A DNA stretch of 47,728 nucleotides from Octopus bimaculoides (lineage: Eukaryota), in assembly GCF_001194135.2 (NCBI RefSeq), contig NC_068994.1, forward strand, positions 57,178,741-57,226,468, given 5' to 3'. How positions within the stretch are numbered: the stretch's first letter is position 1; each line of letters begins with the position of its first letter. Under the pieces are notes generated by a model. The model searched no databases and was not told the DNA's origin. It saw nothing but the letters and a program-made list of their open reading frames with translations. The translations under genes and the position numbers were made by a program. Positions 37,631 through 47,728 of the stretch are shown here, in pieces.

Positions 37631-37808
37631 ATGGCAACCGTTGAATTAAAGGGAAGTTACTCTAATAGATCTAAAAAAAAGAAAGAAAAAGAGTTAAAAA
37701 ATACACGCAACCATATTCTCGCAATACATAGACATTCACCTCTTGCCTTCATAACGTCTACATACGTTCATACTCATATGCAATATCAAGGTTTCATTCT
37801 TCTGTTGC

Positions 37809-37809
<1 letters not shown>

Positions 37810-37866
<57 letters not shown>
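37810..37866 (+). repeat. (ATT)n microsatellite
   Basis: Direct reading. Confidence 0.98.
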
Positions 37867-37870
<4 letters not shown>

Positions 37871-38082
37871 TCTTTGATATAGGTTTTCACACTAAGATCC
37901 CAGACAATTAATAACAGGTATAATTTAAATGTCCACTTCTATTATTCTTTGCAATGGAATTGTCAATCTTGCTTTTGTTTAAGCCAGAGGTTAGATAAGC
38001 AATGTTCATCATATTTACTTCCCTTTGAAACGAGTTTAGCCTTGATTAATTAAAACGATTATCCTTGTCATATCAATGTTAG

Positions 38083-38297
38083 AAAGGCGGTGAGCTGGCA
38101 GAAACGTTAGCACGCCAGGCGAAACGTTTAGCGGTATTTCGTTTCTCTTACGTTCTGAATTCAAATTCCACTGAGGTTGACTTTGCCTTTCATCCTTTCG
38201 GGGTCGATAAATTAAGTACCAGTTGCGAATTGGGGTCTATCTAATCGACTGGACCCCTTCCCAAAACTTTCGGGCCTTGTGCCCAGAGTAGAAAAGA
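38083..38297 (+). mobile_element. Family B SINE, full length
   Basis: aaggcggtgagctggcagaaacgttagcacg..ttctgaattcaaattcc..ctttgcctttcatcctttcggggtcgataaattaagtaccag..ggccttgtgccc. Confidence 0.93.
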
Positions 38298-40254
38298 CTA
38301 TTAATGCTAGAACTTACTTTGTAAATCTTATGGGGTTGTTATGGCTGTTAAGTATTTGATATTTCCGATGTCTTCTAATACCGTTTTAAAAAAATTGTAA
38401 AATTATCTGACATTGAGTGTAGCACACAAAAAATCTCTTTTTATTTTCTAATACCATCGGTGCTGATAATGAATATCTCACATCATGGTGTCGTCTTCTC
38501 GATATTATCGAACAAAGAATGACAAAAGTTGAATTGTCATTCTTTGATAAATTACGATTTTGAGCGAAGTTAGTTTTTATGACAAACCATCGCACCTCTC
38601 CCCGCACCACCTTATATGTAATACGAACATAAGTACCAATAAAATATTTAAGCCAACGAGAACACCTCTGTATAGTTGTACGGCTTGCTAGAAAGAGGAA
38701 CAGAATATTCTTCTAATTAAATTACAACCTACAAGTTAAAAAGACAGGACACATTACACAATATTCTCCTACTCCGATCGATTTCAACTGTAATATATAA
38801 ACGAAATTGGATTCAATTGTTTACTCGAAAATTGCTGATAAATGCTTGTGTCTGGCTTTCACATATGTTTGTTTCCAGATATGGCTCGATAATCAACACC
38901 TCTAATTAAATTATGCTCTGGTGCATCCAGTTATCTTTCTTCTATTGCTCAAATATTTTTTCATACAAATAATTACGTTTATGGGAAATAGGATGTTTCT
39001 ACTGTGTTTTGCAAGTTATTGCAAAGCCAATAAGATTTATTGATAAACTGGATATTTATTGATGATTTCGAAAACAAATATATTGGTCAACTGGAAATTG
39101 TTATATTTATAATATTTGAAGTTAAATTTTCAAGTTTTAATTCTTTTATGTGATCTATGTTCTCTTTTCTTTTTCTGCTTTCATTTATTAACATACGGTC
39201 CTCCCATTGTTCCACCTTTATATACAATGGGTTTCACAGGGTTTCTATCAACGAAATTCCATTCAGAAAATATTGGTCAATGGGAGACAAGAGCACTAGA
39301 CACAGAAGTTAATGAACATGTCAGTGGAAACGCAAACGTCTGGTTATGCTACACAAAAGATCTTTTATCTGTCATACTATTTCTAGTAATTTGAACCTAG
39401 TCTACATAAAATCGAAGCTGATTTTTATGACTAATGTAAAACTGCTTAACTTAATTCAATTTATTTTAGTGTATTCCTAAATAAAAAGAATTTATATCTA
39501 AGATATTATTCAATATTCCTACAGAGAGCGATAAAAACTTTGACTTTTGATTCAAAATTTTGTTTACAAAAAAACAAAAATAGTATTTTTTGAAGTCATT
39601 AAATTAATATGTATCTGTGATTGAAAATAAAACACTGTAATAAGCGTTACTATGAAATATAAGAAGAGAAACAGAAAACTTGCTTTAAGAATATATGTTA
39701 CTTTTTACCGATGTTAGTTGTTTTAAAACTAGATTGATTTTCTTTTGAAAATAAAGTAATCAGGTTTTATGTTTGTGAAGGGAAATTACTGAGTTTTAAT
39801 CTCGATAAATTTTATTACAAAGTAATTGCTTGGTTGAAACAAGCAACCAACATAAGAGTTAATTCGGGGATAATTTAGTTTGAAAATCAAATTAAATATT
39901 TTCGAAAGTAAACAACATATCAGTGGTTAAAGTCTAATGTGTTATTTACAGCGAAAGAAAAAAACACTCTTCAAAACTCTTTTTATAATTAAAACCTATC
40001 ATATAATTTATTAGAAGTTTTCTATTAATTATTGCATCATGAATGTGTCATACAATATTCCGGGCTTTCAGATTCAACTGTCACAACAAAATAAATATGC
40101 TGAGTGTGCATCTGTTCCGGATATATGAATTATTGACGATATATATAAATATATCTATGTATCTATTTATATACGGCAGCACATACACGCTTTCACATAT
40201 ACACGCACGCGCACCTTCATTTTGGGATCATCACTACTTTATTATCTGCCCTTC

Positions 40255-40410
40255 TTCCTAGCTCTCCTGTGTGACCCCTCTGTCCGGCATTCGCCATGAT
40301 AGATCGCTAGCTACCAAACCTTTTCTATTGTCTCTCCCTGTTTATTTCTGTGTTCCTTTCTGTTGAAGAGCGTAGGCTCAAAACCTAAAAGACTTTCTCA
40401 CTTCACGAGC
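40255..40410 (+). mobile_element. Probable Penelope-like element terminal fragment with dead hammerhead
   Basis: cttt CTGTTGA A GAGC GTAG GCTC AAAA C C T A aaag. Stems I and II intact, three core substitutions. Confidence 0.45.
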
Positions 40411-40475
40411 GTTGTTTTTTTTTTGTTTTTTTGTAAATTCGTAAAATTTGTAAAATTTGCTTCCTTGCACTCCAG

Positions 40476-40548
40476 CATCTGAATTCATTAAAGAAGCGCC
40501 TGCTGTGCCTACGGTCAAACCAGTGACCGGCGTTCCACATCCCGACCT
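40476..40548 (+). other. Possible exon (SEFIKEAPAVPTVKPVTGVPHPD)
   Basis: Strong acceptor tttgcttccttgcactccag|, GC-rich open frame, weak donor CT|gtacat. Confidence 0.25.
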
Positions 40549-40834
40549 GTACATACATAAATATCAAAACAAGTCAAGCCTTACAATACACTCCTCCTTC
40601 TCCCCTATTATCGCTGTTCCTTATCTCTCTTCTTTCATAATAATATAGAACACCTACACAAACTAGATATTCTGTACAATCATACCATTTCCATCTCCAT
40701 CCTCTTATTTTCTGTATTTGCACTAACAAACGGTTTACTCCAAATACACACAGGACCGCCCACATAGCTCAATTGAGGTCCTCTGCTTGGTACTGCCTCG
40801 GGGCATTTAGAGCTACTGCCTGCTACTGCATCAG

Positions 40835-40957
40835 AGCTTTGGTCGGCCAAGGCTACAATATTAGGCTCTTACCCAAAATGTCATGCAGAGAGGCTGAACC
40901 CGGAACAATGTTGTTGGCAAGCAAGCTTCTTACCACACAGCTACGCCTGCGCCTATA
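40835..40957 (-). mobile_element. Family A SINE
   Basis: Reverse complement reads aggcgcaggcgtagctgtgtggtaagaagcttgcttgccaac..gttccgggttcag. Confidence 0.85.
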
Positions 40958-41592
40958 TGTAAAAAGTGGTAGATCATATAATATGGATCTCTTGCCACGT
41001 CGAGTAACTGCGTAAAAATCATTTGCTCTCATGGAAATTACATCGAGAATAACAAAATGTTTTGGCAATAATATTTTATTGGTTTCAAAAAAGCTTAAAT
41101 AAATACGCATGAAAATTCGTCTATAATATGAAATTACAAGTATGAGCCAAGCTGAACAAAAGCATGTTAAACGGACTGATATTGTATTGTCGTGTTCAGT
41201 TTTCTTTCATATTGCCGTTCCACATTAAGCGAGATGGCATCAAATGTTTACCATAAAAAGATATTTTTAATGTTGCCACGAAATATATTTTAACATAGTT
41301 CTATATTTTGTTATCAGCATTCATTCCTGTAAATTCAGTGCGATCGATTATTAATTTTGTAATGATGTGTAGCGTATTTAGTTTTGCAACACACGACATT
41401 TAGCACGCTGTGGAATACGCTTAATGGAGGATTATTATTCCCAGACAGCAACATATTTTTCATGAATGGCGTTAATGGTTTTCACAACAAATTTTTTGAA
41501 TTCACCATTTTGAAATATAATCAGTAATGGCAGTGAGCTGTTTCATAATACTAGGTACTTGTTGAGATAATTCAATTTTGAAAATGTGTAAA

Positions 41593-41650
41593 CATGGCTG
41601 TGTAGGTAAGAAACTCGTCATGCAACCATACGGTTTCGGGTTCAGCTCCA
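41593..41650 (+). mobile_element. Family A SINE head, truncated by the RTE element
   Basis: catggctgtgtaggtaagaa..caaccatacggtttcgggttcag. Confidence 0.65.
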
Positions 41651-41651
41651 A

Positions 41652-42150
41652 TACATTACATTACATATCCCGTCGTCTGGTTGACCGTTAGGGCACCACT
41701 GATGACCTCGCGACCAGATCGCCCCACCCGTCTCTCTCTTCTGCCTCTCGCACTGCATCTCTCATCTTTAGGCCTGTCCACTCATAGATGTTTTTTGCAC
41801 CTCTTTCTCTGTCTGCCTCTGCGTTTTCCACTTTTGACTGTCCTCTGAAGTATTGTTCTTGCCATCCCTGATGATCGGGTGACATGCCCAAACGACCTGA
41901 GCTTGCGTTTCGTTATTGTGATAAGAGGTTCCTCAGAGGTCCCTATTGGTTGCCTTATTCTTTTCACTTCCCCATTTGTGACACTATCTCTGTATGATAT
42001 TCCCAAATGTCTTCTGAAACATTTCATCTTTGTAGCCTCGATTCTTCTTTCGATTTCTGCTGTCAGTGTCCATGTCTCACAGGCGTACAGAAGTAGTGAG
42101 ATCACAAGTGATCTCATTAGCCTAATTTTGTGGCTCAGTGGTAAGAGGTA
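41652..42150 (-). mobile_element. RTE-clade LINE, 5'-truncated, with 3' end
   Basis: SLVISLLLYACETWTLTAEIERRIEA..KCFRR.LGISYRD.VTN.EV..RKLR.FGHV.R..G.ARTILQ.TV..GKRRGRQRKR / WTGL..AEERDGW. (TGTAA)n-like 3' tail at 41652-41667. Confidence 0.93.
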
Positions 42151-43892
42151 AAAGACGGCTTGTTATAACAGGTGCTACATATGCAGGTATAAATCTGTAC
42201 TGACTTCCCGCTGATCACTGAAATTTTCGTAAGAGCAAGGAATGATATTCTTTTAAAAAGATAATATATTTCTTTGAGAGAAATATGTAACAACTTCACA
42301 CGAAATCTGAATCTTAATTCTAAAAATGAAGAACTAAATGCGTTTAAGGAATAAGGAAAATCGCGGAAATTATAAGAGTAATGCAGATGAAATAACATTG
42401 CCATTGAAAAGTTGATGCACTATTCAAAAGAAATTCTGAACTTAATAGCAACCATTTTCAATAGAAGTTTGAAAGCATTACATCAAGTATCAAATCTGCA
42501 ATTCATTTGCGGAATTTTGACCAATATTACGAATGCAGGTCAACTTATACGCCTTCGTCAGTTACAGAGTTAATCATTAGATGGGCGTAAAACAGGTGCA
42601 AATATTTTCGGTTATAGAACAGTATAATCGCACTGGTGTATGTACAGATAGTGCAGCAGCTGTGGCGCCAAAAATATTAAACTTTAAGATAAAATTAAAA
42701 CTACAAGGGACTCTTCTACCGAACTCATTAATTGTAGAATTCATTGAGAGAAATGAGCGACTGCAAAAATGTTCGATAATATAAGGAGCAGTTAACGGTT
42801 GCGCATTTTTCTGTTTCTATGCCGCTGAAAGAGGATCACGAAATACATGTTTGTTAGGAAGCGATCTGGAAGGATGTTTAAGGCATAATGGTTTAAACAT
42901 ACCAAACAGTAGCAATCGTTAGTTATGGAACTCCTTAAAGAAGTGAAACTAAACAGTGACGTAATACAGGAACATATTACAAAGATATTCTAATTTCATT
43001 TCTACAAATTCCAACCTTTTAGATACAATTTAGAAAACGCACACTTATACTTTATATCATATTATAATATTTAATAAACCAGAATTAATGATAACACATT
43101 TTAGAGAAATAATATCACCAGAAAAGCATATATTCTCTGCAATGATGTTTAAAAAATAAAAGATTTAAAATGGCCGTCATATTTCTTTTCACTCCGGATT
43201 CGATTAAATAACAGTAAAATGAGCCTGGAACTATATTATCCCACTCTTTAATTAAACTGTCAACAAAACTGAGTGGTATTCAGTTATTTCTCGTTAATAA
43301 TTAAACTGTTTATTAATTAGCATGCATCACAATAATCTCAGTGATTCTGAAACTGTATGAATAATATCGAGCGAATGTGGAGTTAGTAAGAATACAGTAT
43401 ATATGCAAAGGAAGAATGAAATGTTAACCCACATCAGCAGATAACTATATAAAACCCCTTGAAACATTTTGGCATGTTTATTCACCAGAAAATACTTCAT
43501 GAAGTTGCCATGGATGGCAGGACGATCGAACACTGGACTATGTTGTTATGAATTGAAATTCTTGACAATACAACTATGTTTGTGTCTCTTTATACAAAAA
43601 ATAACTTTGTAGGTTAATACGAAGATAATCGGAGTTCCATTTCCGCAGCGACAGTAAGAAACAAAGCCATGTAATTACATTCTACAACCAAACATTTATT
43701 TTTCCATTAATATATATTTGATTTAAATGTCCAAAGATATGTTTGCGGCATTGGGCTTTTCAATCAAATATATATTAATGGAAAAATACAAACAGATCTC
43801 TAAATCACAACGCAAATAATTATACACACCGAAAAACACACGCACAGACATACAAAAATACACACATATATATAAGTAAAAGAATATATATG

Positions 43893-43990
43893 TTCTTTTA
43901 TTCTTTTACTTGCTTCAGTCACTTGACTGTAGCCGAGCTGGAGCACCGCCCTGAAAGGTTTTAGTCGACCAAATCGACACCAGGATATAA
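43893..43990 (+). mobile_element. SINE-like repeat, family C
   Basis: ttcttttacttgcttcagtcacttgactgtagccgagctggagcaccgccctgaaaggttttagtcgaccaaatcgac. Confidence 0.8.
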
Positions 43991-44077
43991 ACACACTATG
44001 AGGTTGTTTTTTTTTTTCATGGATGAGCTGCTCCACATCGGTCACGGGAGTGATATTTGATCACTTTACATACATAC

Positions 44078-44130
<53 letters not shown>

Positions 44131-45105
44131 GTAATGATGTAAGCATAGTGCGGTCAATACGTTTCTCTGTGATTCTATGTTGTTTGAAAGCTGATATGTT
44201 AACCGTCAACACCTTTAATAGAGACTGTTGAAATGTCTGTCTTGATTGAAGTAAACAAGTTAATAAATCATTATAATGGAAGTTTTCCTATTCACAAACA
44301 TGGCGCATTTATTATTTCTTGTCATGAAAAACACGTAGAAATTGGAGTCGTTTTCTTAATCAAATGAAATACTTTCGGTAGGATATCAGTTTTGTTCAAA
44401 GCTATAAGTTTTGTAATTATTACGATTCCAAATACATTAGAATCTCATTTATTTATCCTGGTGTTAGATAATAATGCACATGTTTTAAATAAATCGTCAA
44501 CAATTGTGAAGAGATGTTATATTATTTTTATTTTTTTATTCCATTGAAATTAATGGTCAGAGGACATGTTGCAGTGGCTATTCTCTTTGACTTGTATTTA
44601 TTTCCAACATTTATTTGTGACATTTTTTTCTCTTTCGTAAGTGGATTGGGTTTCATTGAACGTAGATATATTAAATTCATGTAATCACAGAACATTTGAT
44701 ATTCTACCTATTCAATCCACCTGCATATGGTTCTTATAAGAACGTACCTTATCTGCTAAGGTTTTTTTCTTTAATTGCTTGAAGCTACCTTGTGGTTTCA
44801 CCTTGAAAACACGTGCAGTTTTCTTGTGGCATATATTTTGTTGTGAAATATTTGAAATGTAGGTTTCATACTGAGATTTTTGGGGACATTTACAAGGTGT
44901 TAAAGGTCCAAAGTTTGGTCTGGTTTACTAAGCATTATATTGGTTTTGCATTTGAACTACTCAACTGCAATGCTAAAGGTTAATCCTTTACAGAGTTTGT
45001 TATCCGTCAATCAACAATCATGTTCTACTGCAACCCGTAGAATTCAGTAAACAGTTCGACACCTATATAATCAAGAACAACAGGAAATAGTTTTCGTTTT
45101 TACAG

Positions 45106-45187
45106 CTACCTTCTGGGTGACAAAGGAAGGAGAAATGTCATTCAACTCATTTATAAGCAGCCTTACTGGGAAATCATCAACGCGCTC
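45106..45187 (+). other. Possible 82-nt exon (YLLGDKGRRNVIQLIYKQPYWEIINAL)
   Basis: ttttcgtttttacag| acceptor, CTC|gtgagc donor, open frame. Product not recognised; could be a TE relic. Confidence 0.3.
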
Positions 45188-47380
45188 GTGAGCCTAAATA
45201 CTTTAAAAAAAAACTCAGAAATGAAGGAGGAACTAGTAGTTACCCAGGGACGATAGACTAGGATTAACACTTTAAACAGACATGTCAGCTTCCAGTTAGA
45301 TTAACTGATGATAAACAATTGCAGGTATTTTTCTTTGAGTACTTCTAAAGATGTTTACAATTCATCTAAGAAGAAATAATACAAAAACTCATAACAAAAG
45401 TTGCTCTTCAAGAATTATTAGAGGAAGAATTTGCTGTTATGGAAAGAAAAGAGAATGAACTGATTAAGATTTCTTCTTACACAAGATTTATGTTCTCGTC
45501 AGTGACATTGGAAAATATCCCTAAATCTAAAGTATTTTGTGACTGAAGGAATCACACATTTGTGATTGTAGATTATATCTGAAGAATTAAAACAGGATAA
45601 TCACGGCTTTGGAATATTCCAAAATAAGCAAGTCTTTATGTTATCACTCCACCCGACAGAAATACGACAAAATATCCTACAGGTCTCAAAATCAGGGACA
45701 TTGGAAGCTATCACGAACAACTCCTCTGACTATTAAGCTTTAAAAGAGATTTAGATACACATAAAGAAACAATGTTTACTACTTAAACACCTATCTCCAT
45801 AAGTTTAGTTGGTCATTGCCGACTCGTGACTTATCATGAACGGCAACAACAAAATTTCGAAAGTATTGGTATTTGTGCCAAAACAATTTAAATATTGCTC
45901 AGAGATACGTTTGAAGAAGAAGATAGTTTGGTTTTCTAATAGAGTGACAGAGGAAACGAGTATACATTTAAAGCAAACATGATCATTGTGTCCGCTAAGT
46001 AATGTTATAATTCCTTTAAGGAGCTTCTATCTACAACGACAAATAACTGAACAGCAGATGAAGGTTATATAGTGGTTTTTGATTTCTTTTATTCATATTT
46101 CCTATCGAACACAATGTTTTCTTAGAAACTATTAAATGGTTGGACTAGTGAAAGTTTATCAAATTTTACCATGAATATATTCTGTGTCTAAAATCAATAC
46201 TTTAATGTTCTGAAGTTTGTTTTATTAATAGTTGGTATTTAAATTAATGCAAAAAAGCTCATAAATAAATAAATATATTGTAAACTTCAAAAGAAGGGAA
46301 ATTTGAACCAGCAAAAAATATTTTCACTATACATATATAGTTTGTATCGGGTTTGTTGTTCTTGCATGCATGCAATGAATGTATGATAATGGAGGAGATA
46401 ATGTTATTTTCTGGGAAGTTTACATTGTGTCTTTGCAAACATGTCAACAAACCGACATAAAAGGTTGCATGATAATATTAAAGGAAGTCTTATGTTAATA
46501 TACGCTTTCACTGATATTATTTTAGCAACAGGGAAATTTGGTCTATGTTTCAGCGTAACGACGGAATAAGGGTCAACACCGACAACTGCTACTCAACAGA
46601 AACAAAATTATAAAGAGAATAAAAATCCGAAAATTTTGTTTAAGGTAGAAATGCTATAACCATCGCCATGTTGTTAAGAGGAAGTGGAGACACTCGTCAA
46701 ATTTGTGTAACCATATTTTACTTGAGCACATGGGAACGAAATGTTTGTAAAGCAGACATCAATCACGTATGTAGGTGACAATTTCATAGGTTACGATAGA
46801 AATGAAATATTCCATTCACTATAGCGGAGATAGGAAAAAAATCAACTGGTTGGTATGTTCAGCATGGATGTAGGAAAAAAAACTAAATATCATACATATA
46901 TCGATAGTTGTGAGTCAGTTCAATAAACATCTGACAATCGAAAATTAATGTTCCACTTTGGCTAAAGCAGACGACTGTGAAATTTGAGAAATTCCATAAA
47001 TATGAGTCAGATGTGACCCAATACCCTTCATGTGTACGGGAAGATATGTTTAAAGACGTACGCTAAATATATGCACAGCAATTGCAAACTACAGTACAGT
47101 ACATGTAACAAGTGGTATTACATTCCAGTGTTTCAAACGTAACGTATTTGCAGGTTGTACACAATTTGTAATGCTTCACTTTGTGCACACACATTCGAAT
47201 AATGATTTATAGCAGAGGCATAAGGCCAGTGCTTTTGAGAGAAGAAAACAATCGATTCAATTTGAGCAAGAATTCTGCCGAAAAGATCGATTTTAATACT
47301 CTGCTGCCACTTATCTTATTGACACCTGCTCATGAAGGATGACATATAATAGTGATACATATGTATGTATGTATGTATGT

Positions 47381-47721
47381 GGAGGTACAATGGCCCAGTG
47401 GTTAGGGCAGCGGACTCGCGGTCATAGGATCGCGGTTTCGATTCCCAGACCGGGCGTAGTGAGTGTTTATTGAGCGAAAACACCTAAAGCTCCACGAGGC
47501 TCAGGCAGGGGATGGTGGCGAACCCTGCTGTACTCTTTCACCACAACTTTCTCTCACTCTTACTTCCTATTTCTGTTGTGCCTGTAATTCCACGAGAACT
47601 ATGTTAAGGGTACATGTGTCTGTGGAGTGCTCAGCCACTTGCACATTAATTTCACGAGCAGGCTGTTCCGTTGATCGGATCAACTGGAACCCTCGACGTC
47701 GTAAGCGACGGATTGCCAACA
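47381..47721 (+). mobile_element. tRNA-derived SINE, apparently full length, tRNA-Arg-like head
   Basis: A-box TGGCCCAGTGG, B-box-like GGTTTCGATTCC, anticodon-loop region gac-TCG-cgg; inserted after (GTAT)n. Confidence 0.88.
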
Positions 47722-47728
47722 ATATATA

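Noticed and set aside
36050-41600. Apparent second RasGAP-like chain on the minus strand (AITDY..VKTINAIHE, YPVYQ*ILLAL, DVRYS..RFF)
   Set aside because: Generic amphipathic patterns. The antisense frames read equally protein-like, multiple stops are needed, and splice support is poor.
47381-47455. Possible tRNA-Arg gene
   Set aside because: The acceptor stem does not close, there is no oligo-T terminator, and the sequence continues into a SINE body.

Overview
AT-rich, microsatellite-dense animal genomic DNA from a gapped scaffold with 12 N-runs. The SINE families match, from memory, repeats I associate with Octopus (coleoid cephalopod); this was not verified by search. No intact, confidently identifiable protein-coding gene is visible, and most ORFs in the supplied track are artefacts of N-gaps, microsatellites or SINEs. 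Well-supported content: three or more tRNA-derived SINE families (about 20 copies), four Tc1/mariner transposase relics, a TIR-bounded MITE, RTE, CR1/L2-type and RLE-type (R4/NeSL-like) LINE relics, and a Helitron PIF1-helicase fragment. The most solid unexpected signal is four minimal type-I hammerhead-ribozyme-like motifs. Three are on the minus strand (6.6, 10.5, 37.6 kb), share a palindromic stem III (GAAACTYnGAGTA) and have stem II regions of 3, 10 and 31 nt. A decayed fourth belongs to a different family (40.4 kb). They are probably termini of Penelope-like elements or retrozymes. A much weaker hypothesis is a collinear chain of minus-strand exon-like segments (27.3 kb to 0.8 kb) resembling a highly diverged or decayed GAP1-family RasGAP (C2-C2-RasGAP-PH). 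Each match is individually within chance expectation and needs an HMM test.
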